Sequence record: OR493421.1
Direction: 5' to 3' (one strand)
Length of the DNA: 64,000 nt
This document shows, in pieces, positions 46,998 to 55,887 of this stretch. The first letter of the stretch is position 1. Each line of letters starts with the position of its first letter. The position numbers and the translations under genes are program-made. The notes under the pieces are model-generated. The model searched no databases, was not told the DNA's origin, and saw nothing but the letters and a program-made list of their open reading frames with translations.

Positions 46998-47795
46998 CTA
47001 TTTAAATGCCAAACTATCGAAGAACATATTCATCATTTCTAATTTCTTTTGATTCATCATTTTAATGAATAAATTTTGTTCTTTCTTAACGAATTGCTCT
47101 TCCCAACTCCCCAGATTATATTTCTTCTCACCCACTACAATGACTTTTTCGGTTCCATTGATATAACCTACTGCACTTTCTCCATTTAATCCGATAGAGA
47201 AATAATCGCCGCTAAATTGAGGGGCGTCGATAATAACGGACGAGAATCTTTTATTCGTTATAGTTTGCACCCCGAAGAAAAGTCTGGAGTGTACAACTCG
47301 GCAATCCCTCAAAGTCGTTCTTCCGGTCAAATCTCTGTTGACGATATAACTGTGATCAATAAAGTTATTGGCCAAATTACAGCCAATAAGATCACTGCAC
47401 TTAATAGCGATACCTTCCCCAATTTCCCCGTTCGACGTAATCGAAACATCCTGGAGTTTCGAGTCAACAATGGTGCACTGAGCTAAATTTGAAATATTGG
47501 TGCGATGAACCCGGGAGTTATTTAAATGAAGTTTTTTGGAGTAGCTTGTTAAACCGTTTAAGAAGATTACGCCAGTTAATGATGTTTCGTCACTAATATG
47601 TATCAGGTTGGGTCCAGTGAATAGGATCTCAGTTAACCACCCCACTACATTCTCGAATCTCTGAGAAGTCATCTTAGGGTTGTCTAAGACCAGTTTAAGT
47701 GAATCATCGCCATCAGTGAAATTAATATCCTCTTTTTTTATTACCAGATTAAAGTGTTCAATCAATTCTTCTTTAGTCACTTTCATTTTATTCAC
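46998..47795 (-). CDS. hypothetical protein with pentapeptide/beta-helix-like repeats
   Basis: NSRVHRTNISN...DSKLQDVSI...CSDLIGC periodic pattern. Confidence 0.7.
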   Translation of the reverse strand: MNKMKVTKEELIEHFNLVIKKEDINFTDGDDSLKLVLDNPKMTSQRFENVVGWLTEILFTGPNLIHISDETSLTGVIFLNGLTSYSKKLHLNNSRVHRTNISNLAQCTIVDSKLQDVSITSNGEIGEGIAIKCSDLIGCNLANNFIDHSYIVNRDLTGRTTLRDCRVVHSRLFFGVQTITNKRFSSVIIDAPQFSGDYFSIGLNGESAVGYINGTEKVIVVGEKKYNLGSWEEQFVKKEQNLFIKMMNQKKLEMMNMFFDSLAFK

Positions 47796-47894
47796 CTTTA
47801 TTTTACAGTTTAAAATGAGAACGTGTTATTTCAAACCGGTGTTTAAAACAACGTATTCTCGTTTATTACCAATAAAACATTACGGTCGTTAAAA

Positions 47895-48362
47895 TTAACC
47901 GAGCTGCATGGTGTATTCGACGGGTTTAAATTTAAGACTCTTGTAAAGCTTCTGAGCGGCTTTATTAGACCTGTAAACGTTTAACTGTACGATGTATCCA
48001 TTTGATCTTGCCGACACGATAGCAGCGATTAGGTTGCGTTTAGCAAGCCCTTTATGGCGATACTCAGGTAACGTATAAACGTTAAAGATTTTCGCTATTT
48101 TGAGATGATGTTCTAAAGCGTAAACAACGGATAGAATCGACACTATTTTCTTCCCATCAAAAACGAGGAAGTAGTGTTCGTTTAAACGGTTGTGTTTAAA
48201 ATCTTCCAGATTGAACGAATAGGGGTTGATGTCTTTAGCGATACTTTTCTTAGCGAAGTGATTAATGTCAGTCATCGCCAAATTTAACATTGTGATGACT
48301 TCTCCCTCTAAACCCAATCCAATTATTTCTTTTCCGTAGTAATTATCGTACATGAGGTTCAT
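47895..48362 (-). CDS. GNAT acetyltransferase
   Basis: IFNVYTLPEYRHKGLAK and N.AAQKLYKSL.F motifs. Confidence 0.9.
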   Translation of the reverse strand: MNLMYDNYYGKEIIGLGLEGEVITMLNLAMTDINHFAKKSIAKDINPYSFNLEDFKHNRLNEHYFLVFDGKKIVSILSVVYALEHHLKIAKIFNVYTLPEYRHKGLAKRNLIAAIVSARSNGYIVQLNVYRSNKAAQKLYKSLKFKPVEYTMQLG

Positions 48363-48410
48363 GATTACAGTCTCTTATGAAAAGTTCATAAATGGCCGTG
48401 GCGCGTTTAA

Positions 48411-48447
48411 AATAACTCCTATTCCCGATAAGGGAATAGGAGTTATT
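48411..48447 (-). terminator. repeated long-stem hairpin (TACTCC family), copy 3, inverted loop
   Basis: AATAACTCCTATTCCC-GATAA-GGGAATAGGAGTTATT; compensatory C-G to T-A change. Confidence 0.8.
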
Positions 48448-48452
48448 AGAAC

Positions 48453-49226
48453 TTACTTATAAAGTTTCAGGGCTTTGGAGCAAATGTCTGACCGCACACT
48501 ATCAGCCGCATTGAAACGATAAACCGGGAATCCATTTTCAGGATCTCGTTCGATACGCTCCAGCAGATCTTCCAGACCGGATTTAACTCCTTTAGGAAGA
48601 TCGCACTGGGTAAGGTCGCCGTTGATGATTACCGTAGTGTTCTCACCCATACGAGTGATGAACATTTTCATCTGCATAACTGTAACGTTTTGCGCTTCGT
48701 CAAGAATCACTACTGAGTCAGAAAAAGTACGACCCCTCATAAAAGCAAAAGGAGCGACTTCGACTTTCTCCACGCCAGGCTTCATGCAATAGTTAAGCAT
48801 TCCACCGCCCAGGCGTTTCAGTAAGATGTCGTAGACCGGCCGGAAGTAAGGCGCGAATTTTTCATTAACATCTCCGGGGAGAAAACCCAGATCTTCATCG
48901 GCCTGTAAGACCGGCCGTGTAACGATGATCTTTTCCACGTCTTTAGCCAGCAGACGTTCTGCGGCGTAACAAGTCGGGAGGAACGTTTTACCGCTACCCG
49001 CTTCACCAATACCGATGACGACATCGTGGGCGTGTAACCCATCCCAATATTTTTGCTGCATTGGGGTTTTCGGCTCAATCTTACTCCGATCAGCTTTTGC
49101 AAGAGGTAGATTTACTTCACTGAAATTGTTGTCCACCAGTTTCAGTTGGCTACTTTGGGACTTATCTTGACGTCTTGCTTCGCGACGAGCGTCGCGGTTA
49201 GCACGCTTAACACTACGATTATGCAT
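48453..49226 (-). CDS. phoH: PhoH-family ATPase
   Basis: GEAGSGKT, RPV, LGFLPG, FMRGRTF, ILDEAQN and GDLTQCD motifs. Confidence 0.95.
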   Translation of the reverse strand: MHNRSVKRANRDARREARRQDKSQSSQLKLVDNNFSEVNLPLAKADRSKIEPKTPMQQKYWDGLHAHDVVIGIGEAGSGKTFLPTCYAAERLLAKDVEKIIVTRPVLQADEDLGFLPGDVNEKFAPYFRPVYDILLKRLGGGMLNYCMKPGVEKVEVAPFAFMRGRTFSDSVVILDEAQNVTVMQMKMFITRMGENTTVIINGDLTQCDLPKGVKSGLEDLLERIERDPENGFPVYRFNAADSVRSDICSKALKLYK

Positions 49227-49297
49227 ATAAGTACCTGCTGTGTGTGGGTTAACTCCTTACCTTCATAGCATTAGGGCTGGGTAGAAAATAACTAGAA

Positions 49298-49531
49298 TTA
49301 TGTCCCGGAGTAAGTTGTTAAAGCTTTGAACGACACACCCTGATTAACTGTGTTGATGTATTCCGCTACCGCGCCGGCGCCCATCGCATCCATTCGCTGA
49401 GTCCTCTCACCCAAACCAAATGACCCGAATTGAGGGAAACCCCACTTAGTAACGGTTGTAAAATTACAGCCTTGAGTAATGAACCCCATATCGGCAGTGT
49501 AATCAAAAGATCGGACCTTCACATTAACCAA
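49298..49531 (-). CDS. possible small protein or gene fragment (no ATG or good RBS)
   Basis: protein-like 77-aa frame with TTG start only. Confidence 0.3.
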   Translation of the reverse strand: MVNVKVRSFDYTADMGFITQGCNFTTVTKWGFPQFGSFGLGERTQRMDAMGAGAVAEYINTVNQGVSFKALTTYSGT

Positions 49532-49608
49532 TTTAGCGTACGCTCTGGAGGCAAACTCTACGGTACGTTAGTTAAAAAAATACCCCCAATTCTACTGACT
49601 ATAAGGAT

Positions 49609-49890
49609 TTACTGCTGTTCTTCTTCTGCCTGAGTTTCTTCTGAAGCCCGTTCTGCGCGTTTGATATCTTCGATGTCTTTGTTCACCGCCTCGTCTTCTT
49701 CTTGCCGAGCGGTATCTTTCTCCATACCTTCGGCTTTCTCGATACGACCCAACTCGATAGATACACGCTGCAATTCGTTATTAGCGATAATCGATTCGAG
49801 CTCGGCGATGTATCGTTTGGCTTCGGCGCCTTCTAAACGCAGGTGGCAAATTTGAGCTTGAAGTTGAAGAATTTGTTTTTCGGCTGACAT
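49609..49890 (-). CDS. coiled-coil protein, possible tail-fibre chaperone
   Basis: heptad repeats, acidic tail, directly downstream of TSP2. Confidence 0.65.
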   Translation of the reverse strand: MSAEKQILQLQAQICHLRLEGAEAKRYIAELESIIANNELQRVSIELGRIEKAEGMEKDTARQEEDEAVNKDIEDIKRAERASEETQAEEEQQ

Positions 49891-49935
49891 GATATTTCCT
49901 TAGATGGGTTTATGGTCCATATATTGGTTAAATCG

Positions 49936-51453
49936 TTAAGGAACAATTATCCAGGTCGATCCATCGTACCAAACCTCTACTTTAGTTGGGGTGGTGACAG
50001 TTAAAGGGTACGTAGCGTAACCACTTACGTTGACTTCCTGGGCGTTGGCGGTGATATAGTATGTTCCAGCCCTAAGTATCTTCAATTCGTAAAAATGACC
50101 TGAAGACATATTACTTATAGCCGGCATTGTCAGAGTTATCCCGGCTGCATTTATCAGATAACAAGGAATGAGCGCATTCAGCGTTGTATTCGTCGTAAGC
50201 ACACTGTACTTAGTCATATTGCGCAGACGTCTACCGTATCCATCGTAAATCATCGTCGAGTTAACATACGACATATCTGTCATATCGGAAGATTTGCTGA
50301 ACACCATCGAATAAGTGGGCATTCCAGAAAATCTTATTCCGACTGGCGCAGACCCGGTCGATACGTAGTTATTATACGTGGCGCCGGACGCATAGAAGTT
50401 CATTCTGTTATTAGTTGAACGGACACCGTACAACCATGTTTTAGCTGAAGTGCTCGCAGGGCGAACCAGTACGCCAGCCACACCATCATAGAGGCTTTGT
50501 TGGAGCAGCGGAATATCGATACCGTTTAGCGAAGCTCCAGACTTATTGATCACCGCCCCAAATTCGCATATTACGGCATTATCGGCGGCAGAGTTGCTGT
50601 TAATGATAGTGTTGGCGTTGATAGCCCAAACTTTATTAATCAGGTTGACGTTGAACCCCACGCCCGAAGTCGGTGTTAGAGTGGCCCCATCAGCTGTCGC
50701 CCATTCATCAACTGTCACCACACCAGTGGTTTTGTTTATACTGGTAATCAACCCCCAACATTTAGTGGGGTGGAGTGTCTGAATGACGTCACCAACTAGG
50801 GCGTTGGTCAGGAAAGAAGAATACACCGATGGGCTGACCGTAACAGTCGTGGCGGTATATGACGCAGTATCAACTGTTTCCCAGTCTTCCAGTGCTGGAG
50901 CTAAGGCGTCGGCAAATAATGTTACGCCATCATTCAACCCATATGCAGCTACGCCCCTGGCGTTCTGCGCACCCGTAACCTGAGCATTGAAGACTCCAGT
51001 ATCTCCTGATGAAGCTCGGCCACCTCGTAAACTCAATGCGGTCGCGTGCCTGCGAATACTACGGAATTTCCTACCTATGGTGATCGAACCATTCAAAAGA
51101 AGATCGGTATCGCGAAGAGCGCCCTGCTCTGTAAAAATAGCAAGGTCGTTAGTCGAAGAATACCCCAGATAAGGACGCGGAAGACCCGAGTCACTCATTG
51201 TCCTCATACGGGAAAGAACATCTCCCACATTAGAGGTTCTATATCCGACATTCTCCGCCCCGTTTTCAGTGGAAAACGACGTCATCCAATTAGAAACGTT
51301 TTGTCTAATCCCGTTTAACGTCGTTCTGCTGATCCCAAGACGGTCTGTAAAAGACGTGTTGTTAGAGTTGATAAACTCGTCAAATTTTTCTGCGTTGAAT
51401 AATCGGTCTTGAACCGAGTTACTCGGTATATTGTTATTAGTTGGGGTAGTCAT
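49936..51453 (-). CDS. tailspike / tail fibre TSP2
   Basis: shared N-anchor MTTPTNNNIPS...FNAEKFDEFINS...TDRLG; beta-rich body; C-terminal WYDGSTW. Confidence 0.85.
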   Translation of the reverse strand: MTTPTNNNIPSNSVQDRLFNAEKFDEFINSNNTSFTDRLGISRTTLNGIRQNVSNWMTSFSTENGAENVGYRTSNVGDVLSRMRTMSDSGLPRPYLGYSSTNDLAIFTEQGALRDTDLLLNGSITIGRKFRSIRRHATALSLRGGRASSGDTGVFNAQVTGAQNARGVAAYGLNDGVTLFADALAPALEDWETVDTASYTATTVTVSPSVYSSFLTNALVGDVIQTLHPTKCWGLITSINKTTGVVTVDEWATADGATLTPTSGVGFNVNLINKVWAINANTIINSNSAADNAVICEFGAVINKSGASLNGIDIPLLQQSLYDGVAGVLVRPASTSAKTWLYGVRSTNNRMNFYASGATYNNYVSTGSAPVGIRFSGMPTYSMVFSKSSDMTDMSYVNSTMIYDGYGRRLRNMTKYSVLTTNTTLNALIPCYLINAAGITLTMPAISNMSSGHFYELKILRAGTYYITANAQEVNVSGYATYPLTVTTPTKVEVWYDGSTWIIVP

Positions 51454-51471
51454 AATTCACCTTGAATGAAC

Positions 51472-51493
51472 GAGAGGGAGTTAACCCCCTCTC
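51472..51493 (-). terminator. hairpin between TSP3 and TSP2
   Basis: GAGAGGG...TTAA...CCCTCTC. Confidence 0.55.
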
Positions 51494-51506
51494 TTAAGCT
51501 GATAGG

Positions 51507-53900
51507 TTAGCTAAATGTTGTTTTAACCCAGGCGTTCCAGGCACCGGTATTTGTGTTCCAGGTTCTCCTGTAAACATTATTCCCTACCCCGTTAAAGGTC
51601 TGGAAGGCCGTTGCTCTTGAATTAGGGTGCCCGGTATAAAAGTCGACAGCACCGTACGACTCCGGCCATGTCGAGTCGTTATAAATCGACGACCTCACAG
51701 TGCAATAAGGAGTAAACGACGTTGGGACGGATGAGGACGAGATAATGGAAACCATATTGTTAACGACAGTCCCTCCGACCATCTGCCAGTTACCATCCTT
51801 ATTATACCGCCATCCTTGCACCTCACCATAAGGAGAACCCTTCGTCCCAACAAACATTCCGTCGGCCCAGGCTATGTTACTGTATCCCGTCATAGTTGAT
51901 GCCGATGGTTTACCGTAAGTGGTTGAATCCCAAACCGTGGAGAATTCGTCAAACCTCCAATTCCCACTTAAATCAACGGAGACTAATCCTAAGTACCTGT
52001 CTCTAAAACGAACACCCTTTACTTTGGGGAATAGCGCGAAGTTAGTAGCGGATCTGACAACTAATTCTTCAGAATAAAGTTCTGGTGCCGTAGATCCGGT
52101 AACCAAGAAGAAGTTAGATACGTATGCTGTATCCGCCCCGTTTCTTTTAAAGGAAACATTCTTAGCGTAAACTTTGGAAGGTGTTGGGTGTGTCACCCCC
52201 CAGTTTATTAATAACTGAGCCTGCGCGATGGTATCGGTGGATGCGCTTGGGGGATTCTGTATGGCCCCATTGATCGAAACGACCGGGATTTGACGGTCAC
52301 CTACAATCGAAATAGAGTTGTAAACGTCGTCTGGGACAGAACCATTCACAGTCACCCCGTTGATATTAAGAGTGGATATTTCAGTATATCCTATTGCTAT
52401 TAAGGTTCGGGCGTTTCCGGACGGCCAACATTTGATATTCGAAAGAGTCAGTGACTTTATTGTACTTGGGTAAGTATTGGTGTAAGAAGATGGCTGGATG
52501 ACGTTACCAACCCTAATCGTGTTATAAAGATGTTGATTTCCGGTACTCCCATTTACCCTGACATCAATGTCGGATATGTTAATGCTACCCATTTCGGAAT
52601 AGTAATCGGTTAAAGGGGAGTTGCCGAAAGAAACTTCGCTACCCACCCTAACTGCTGAGTATTGGGTGAATCCTTTCACGCCAGATATTGATACTTTCTC
52701 GACCCCATACCCGCCTTGAGAGTTAACCACCACCCCGTTCCAAGTGTAGACTTTGGTAACACCATCCAAATCACTTATCTTATACCACGGATTGATGTTT
52801 TTTATGGTGACGTTTTTAATCATGAGGTAATCGAGATTGGTGATCGCGTCGCTATCGGCTTCAGTCCCCCCTTCTATCCACAGGCAGCCGGCTACGACGG
52901 CGACCATGTCGTCGGTGGTGAACCCATAAATATCTTCAATAAGGATATTTTCAGAACAGCCGGTCACACCGTCGCCTCTAGATCCACCTTGGGGAAAAGC
53001 GTTGGCGATGTGTGAGTTAAATCTCAGATTTTTAGCGTGAAAGTTAATGTTCCCGCCATGATTTACGCTATGTCCTCTAAAATCATGCACGTACATATCT
53101 TCTATCTTGGCGTTCTTGAACAGCGAAACGATAAATCCGTGCGAGAGGTCCTTAAATGTCCCGGTTGCGTTTAATGTCTCTTCCCCCTGCCCGCTCCAAT
53201 TTCCATCAAATTCACCGCCACGCCAAGAAAAGCTGTTCTCCCTATTACCTACAAACACGAACATGTTATTACGAACGAGATTATCTAATTTAAAAACTAC
53301 CCCCGGATCGCAATAAACGATAACGTTTTTAGTTAAAAGGATTTTCACTTTTTTGTTTATCAGGTACGTTCCTTTGGAAAACTTAATATGTTCAAAGGAA
53401 CTCTTGAACATATTAATGATTGCTCCTGAATCTTGTGTCACGCCGTCACCTACAGCACCGAACATCTGTGGGGTGACGAAGTTATCATTTCCAATCCTTT
53501 CCCAGTAATAGTTGATCCCTTGAGCTACTGTACCGCCATCATCTAACTTAGTGCCGATGTGACCAACGAAGATACCTCCACCCGTAGTTCCATTTTCATA
53601 ATAGGACTTGAGGAAAATACGCTGACCTTCGGTTCTCACTGGGGTCGATCTCAGCGTATCAAAAGATTTGACTCCGCCAATTAATTTGAACCCGTCGGGA
53701 GAGCCCAACAGATTCGTGAAAGTATCCTGGAAGCCATTAGCGAGTTCCTGAACCCCTTTCATTGTAATACGTTTTTTACCAAAACGATCCGTATAAGTCA
53801 GATCGTCGGAATTCATCACTCGGTCGAATTGTTCCGAGTTAAACTTGAGGTCCACCGCAGCATTGCTGGGGATGTCACCCGTAGTTGGAGTTGTAGCCAC
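51507..53900 (-). CDS. tailspike / capsule depolymerase TSP3
   Basis: N-anchor, LR...GQRIFLKSY..GGG.F..DDGG..WER domain, PQMFGAVGDGVT.D beta-helix, knob-like C-terminus. Confidence 0.92.
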   Translation of the reverse strand: MATTPTTGDIPSNAAVDLKFNSEQFDRVMNSDDLTYTDRFGKKRITMKGVQELANGFQDTFTNLLGSPDGFKLIGGVKSFDTLRSTPVRTEGQRIFLKSYYENGTTGGGIFVGHIGTKLDDGGTVAQGINYYWERIGNDNFVTPQMFGAVGDGVTQDSGAIINMFKSSFEHIKFSKGTYLINKKVKILLTKNVIVYCDPGVVFKLDNLVRNNMFVFVGNRENSFSWRGGEFDGNWSGQGEETLNATGTFKDLSHGFIVSLFKNAKIEDMYVHDFRGHSVNHGGNINFHAKNLRFNSHIANAFPQGGSRGDGVTGCSENILIEDIYGFTTDDMVAVVAGCLWIEGGTEADSDAITNLDYLMIKNVTIKNINPWYKISDLDGVTKVYTWNGVVVNSQGGYGVEKVSISGVKGFTQYSAVRVGSEVSFGNSPLTDYYSEMGSINISDIDVRVNGSTGNQHLYNTIRVGNVIQPSSYTNTYPSTIKSLTLSNIKCWPSGNARTLIAIGYTEISTLNINGVTVNGSVPDDVYNSISIVGDRQIPVVSINGAIQNPPSASTDTIAQAQLLINWGVTHPTPSKVYAKNVSFKRNGADTAYVSNFFLVTGSTAPELYSEELVVRSATNFALFPKVKGVRFRDRYLGLVSVDLSGNWRFDEFSTVWDSTTYGKPSASTMTGYSNIAWADGMFVGTKGSPYGEVQGWRYNKDGNWQMVGGTVVNNMVSIISSSSVPTSFTPYCTVRSSIYNDSTWPESYGAVDFYTGHPNSRATAFQTFNGVGNNVYRRTWNTNTGAWNAWVKTTFS

Positions 53901-53964
53901 GAGGTTACTCCTTTAAAAGAATGTAGTATAAAAGACTTGCGCAAGTCTACTGAATTTGGTTCAG

Positions 53965-53973
53965 CATAAAATC
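53965..53973 (-). promoter_or_regulatory. putative late promoter (TATG type)
   Basis: GATTTTATG on minus strand 65 nt before TSP3. Confidence 0.45.
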
Positions 53974-53982
53974 GAAGAAGAG

Positions 53983-54020
53983 TAATAGCTGCTGTTCCCC
54001 GGTGGGAACAGCAGCTATTA
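53983..54020 (-). terminator. hairpin, 17-bp stem
   Basis: TAATAGCTGCTGTTCCC-CGGT-GGGAACAGCAGCTATTA. Confidence 0.8.
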
Positions 54021-54026
54021 GTTAAC

Positions 54027-55805
54027 TCATTCCTGGGTCCAAGCGCCCCACGACCCGCCATTCAGCCATCTAAAGTAGCGAACATTGGTAGTCATATTGA
54101 ACAATCGCAGAACCGCAAAATTATTTGTTCCGTCAGATACAAGACGGGCACTCAATATTCCAGTCCCAGTCATCCCAGTAGGAATACCGGTATGAAGCGC
54201 TATATTGGAAATGTAATAATCCTGAGATGAAGTCGCTAGACTAGTAAGATCGGTCGCTGTTGTTAATGGAACAAGATCCCTGGACATGTTAATCCATCTT
54301 GTCCCGGTAGAGAAGTTAGGAGTCCCGTTAAGATTAATAAAGCTCCCTTCAAATACACCGGCTCCAGGGGCGGTAAGGTACTTCAGTCTTGTTTGATTAG
54401 ACCCACCTAATTGCTCGAAACACTCCCTGTTGTTAACCAACCCATTATTATAAGACGCACTATAACCCACCTGGCCTCCCACTGAGGATATTGGGAAGCC
54501 CTGATGCCCGGTAAGAGTATAAGGTCGGCCTAAATTAACCCTTGCAAGGCTGGTTTTGGGAGCAACGGTTCTAAAATGACGATTATAAATATAACACCCG
54601 GTAACGTCAGTTATAACAATATCGTCTTCACCTGTATCGTCGGCATCACAATCTCTGAAATTGGATTGAATGGTGCTGTTCCAGGCTCTAACAATGTTGA
54701 TCCCGCCTTTATTAATATGCCAGAAGTTACACCCTATAATCTCCGAACCAACTATACCTATGTTGGTGTCAGAGAGAATACCCCATCCGGTGTTCACGTT
54801 AACATAAGACCCGTCGAAATAGACCCCGATAATTTTTAAAGTGTCTAAGTCGTACCCGGCTTCATTAAAAAGGAATACTCCAGATGTTTCCCCAGGGACT
54901 ATTTGGTTTCCCGGGGAAATGGTTCCACCACCGCCGATCATTAGAGCGTGATCACGATTGTTGCCCCAAAGTTCGCAGTCGGTAACGTACCAGTCGGTTG
55001 TGTTAATGCAAGCTTTCGCAGCGGCTAATCTTGTTTTCCTTAAATGCACTACAAATGAAGAATTTGTATTCCCGGATCCTTTCTTTGTCCCTAAAGCCAC
55101 GCCATAGAGATCGGATTTCACTCCCCCAGACGAAACCCCATCCAACTGACATTCATCCAATCCGCAGGAATTGCCGTTGGTGAGGTCGATGGACCAATTG
55201 TTGGTTCTGGAGGTAGCTAGGTCAGTTATCCTTAAATTGGACAGTCTTATATTACTTATCCCATTAGCCGCGGGCGTTGCGTAATTAGATTGCGCTATAA
55301 TGGGGAAGTCTCCTCCTGACCACACCAAGCATAATTTAGACCTTCCTGGACCTATGAGGTCGGTCGGCTTGCTGATCATCAATGTGGAATTGATGTATCT
55401 CGTCATGTCGTCAAGTTCGAACGTGGAGGAGCTAGACGCCAACATTCTATTTATAGCTGCTGCATTAGCGGTAGCCGCATCGAGGTCGGCCCCATAAATC
55501 TTAGGAGCGCCCCACGCTGGATTTCTTATATTAGCTCTCCCGGTTATGACGTAGGGGGCGTCAAGAAATGTCTGAACGGTATCTCCAGAACTTGTCCCTA
55601 CGTTACTTGCGCCGGCAGTCCCGGTCAGCCCTGACAGGAAATTTTTTACGTAATTATAAATTCCCGTAAGTGTAAAGCGTTTTATACCCAATCTGTCGGT
55701 ATACTGATCAAGATCGGAATTAACCGCTTCGTCTATTTTTTCTGCATTAAATATCTGATCCAAAATGTTACCCGAAGGAACGGGATTTTTGGTAGGTGAT
55801 GTCAT
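54027..55805 (-). CDS. tailspike / depolymerase TSP4
   Basis: N-anchor MTSPTKNPVPSG..DQIFNAEKIDE; GASNVGTSSG linker; beta-helix; C-terminal RWLNGGSWGAW. Confidence 0.9.
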   Translation of the reverse strand: MTSPTKNPVPSGNILDQIFNAEKIDEAVNSDLDQYTDRLGIKRFTLTGIYNYVKNFLSGLTGTAGASNVGTSSGDTVQTFLDAPYVITGRANIRNPAWGAPKIYGADLDAATANAAAINRMLASSSSTFELDDMTRYINSTLMISKPTDLIGPGRSKLCLVWSGGDFPIIAQSNYATPAANGISNIRLSNLRITDLATSRTNNWSIDLTNGNSCGLDECQLDGVSSGGVKSDLYGVALGTKKGSGNTNSSFVVHLRKTRLAAAKACINTTDWYVTDCELWGNNRDHALMIGGGGTISPGNQIVPGETSGVFLFNEAGYDLDTLKIIGVYFDGSYVNVNTGWGILSDTNIGIVGSEIIGCNFWHINKGGINIVRAWNSTIQSNFRDCDADDTGEDDIVITDVTGCYIYNRHFRTVAPKTSLARVNLGRPYTLTGHQGFPISSVGGQVGYSASYNNGLVNNRECFEQLGGSNQTRLKYLTAPGAGVFEGSFINLNGTPNFSTGTRWINMSRDLVPLTTATDLTSLATSSQDYYISNIALHTGIPTGMTGTGILSARLVSDGTNNFAVLRLFNMTTNVRYFRWLNGGSWGAWTQE

Positions 55806-55826
55806 TATCTAATTCCCATCAGGTTA

Positions 55827-55870
55827 AAATTGGCGGTGGGGATGTTATCCCCATTGTCCACCGCCAATTT
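55827..55870 (-). terminator. hairpin between TSP5 and TSP4
   Basis: AAATTGGCGGTGG...CCACCGCCAATTT with inner GGAT/ATCC stem. Confidence 0.65.
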
Positions 55871-55887
55871 GACTATTTATGAGGTTT

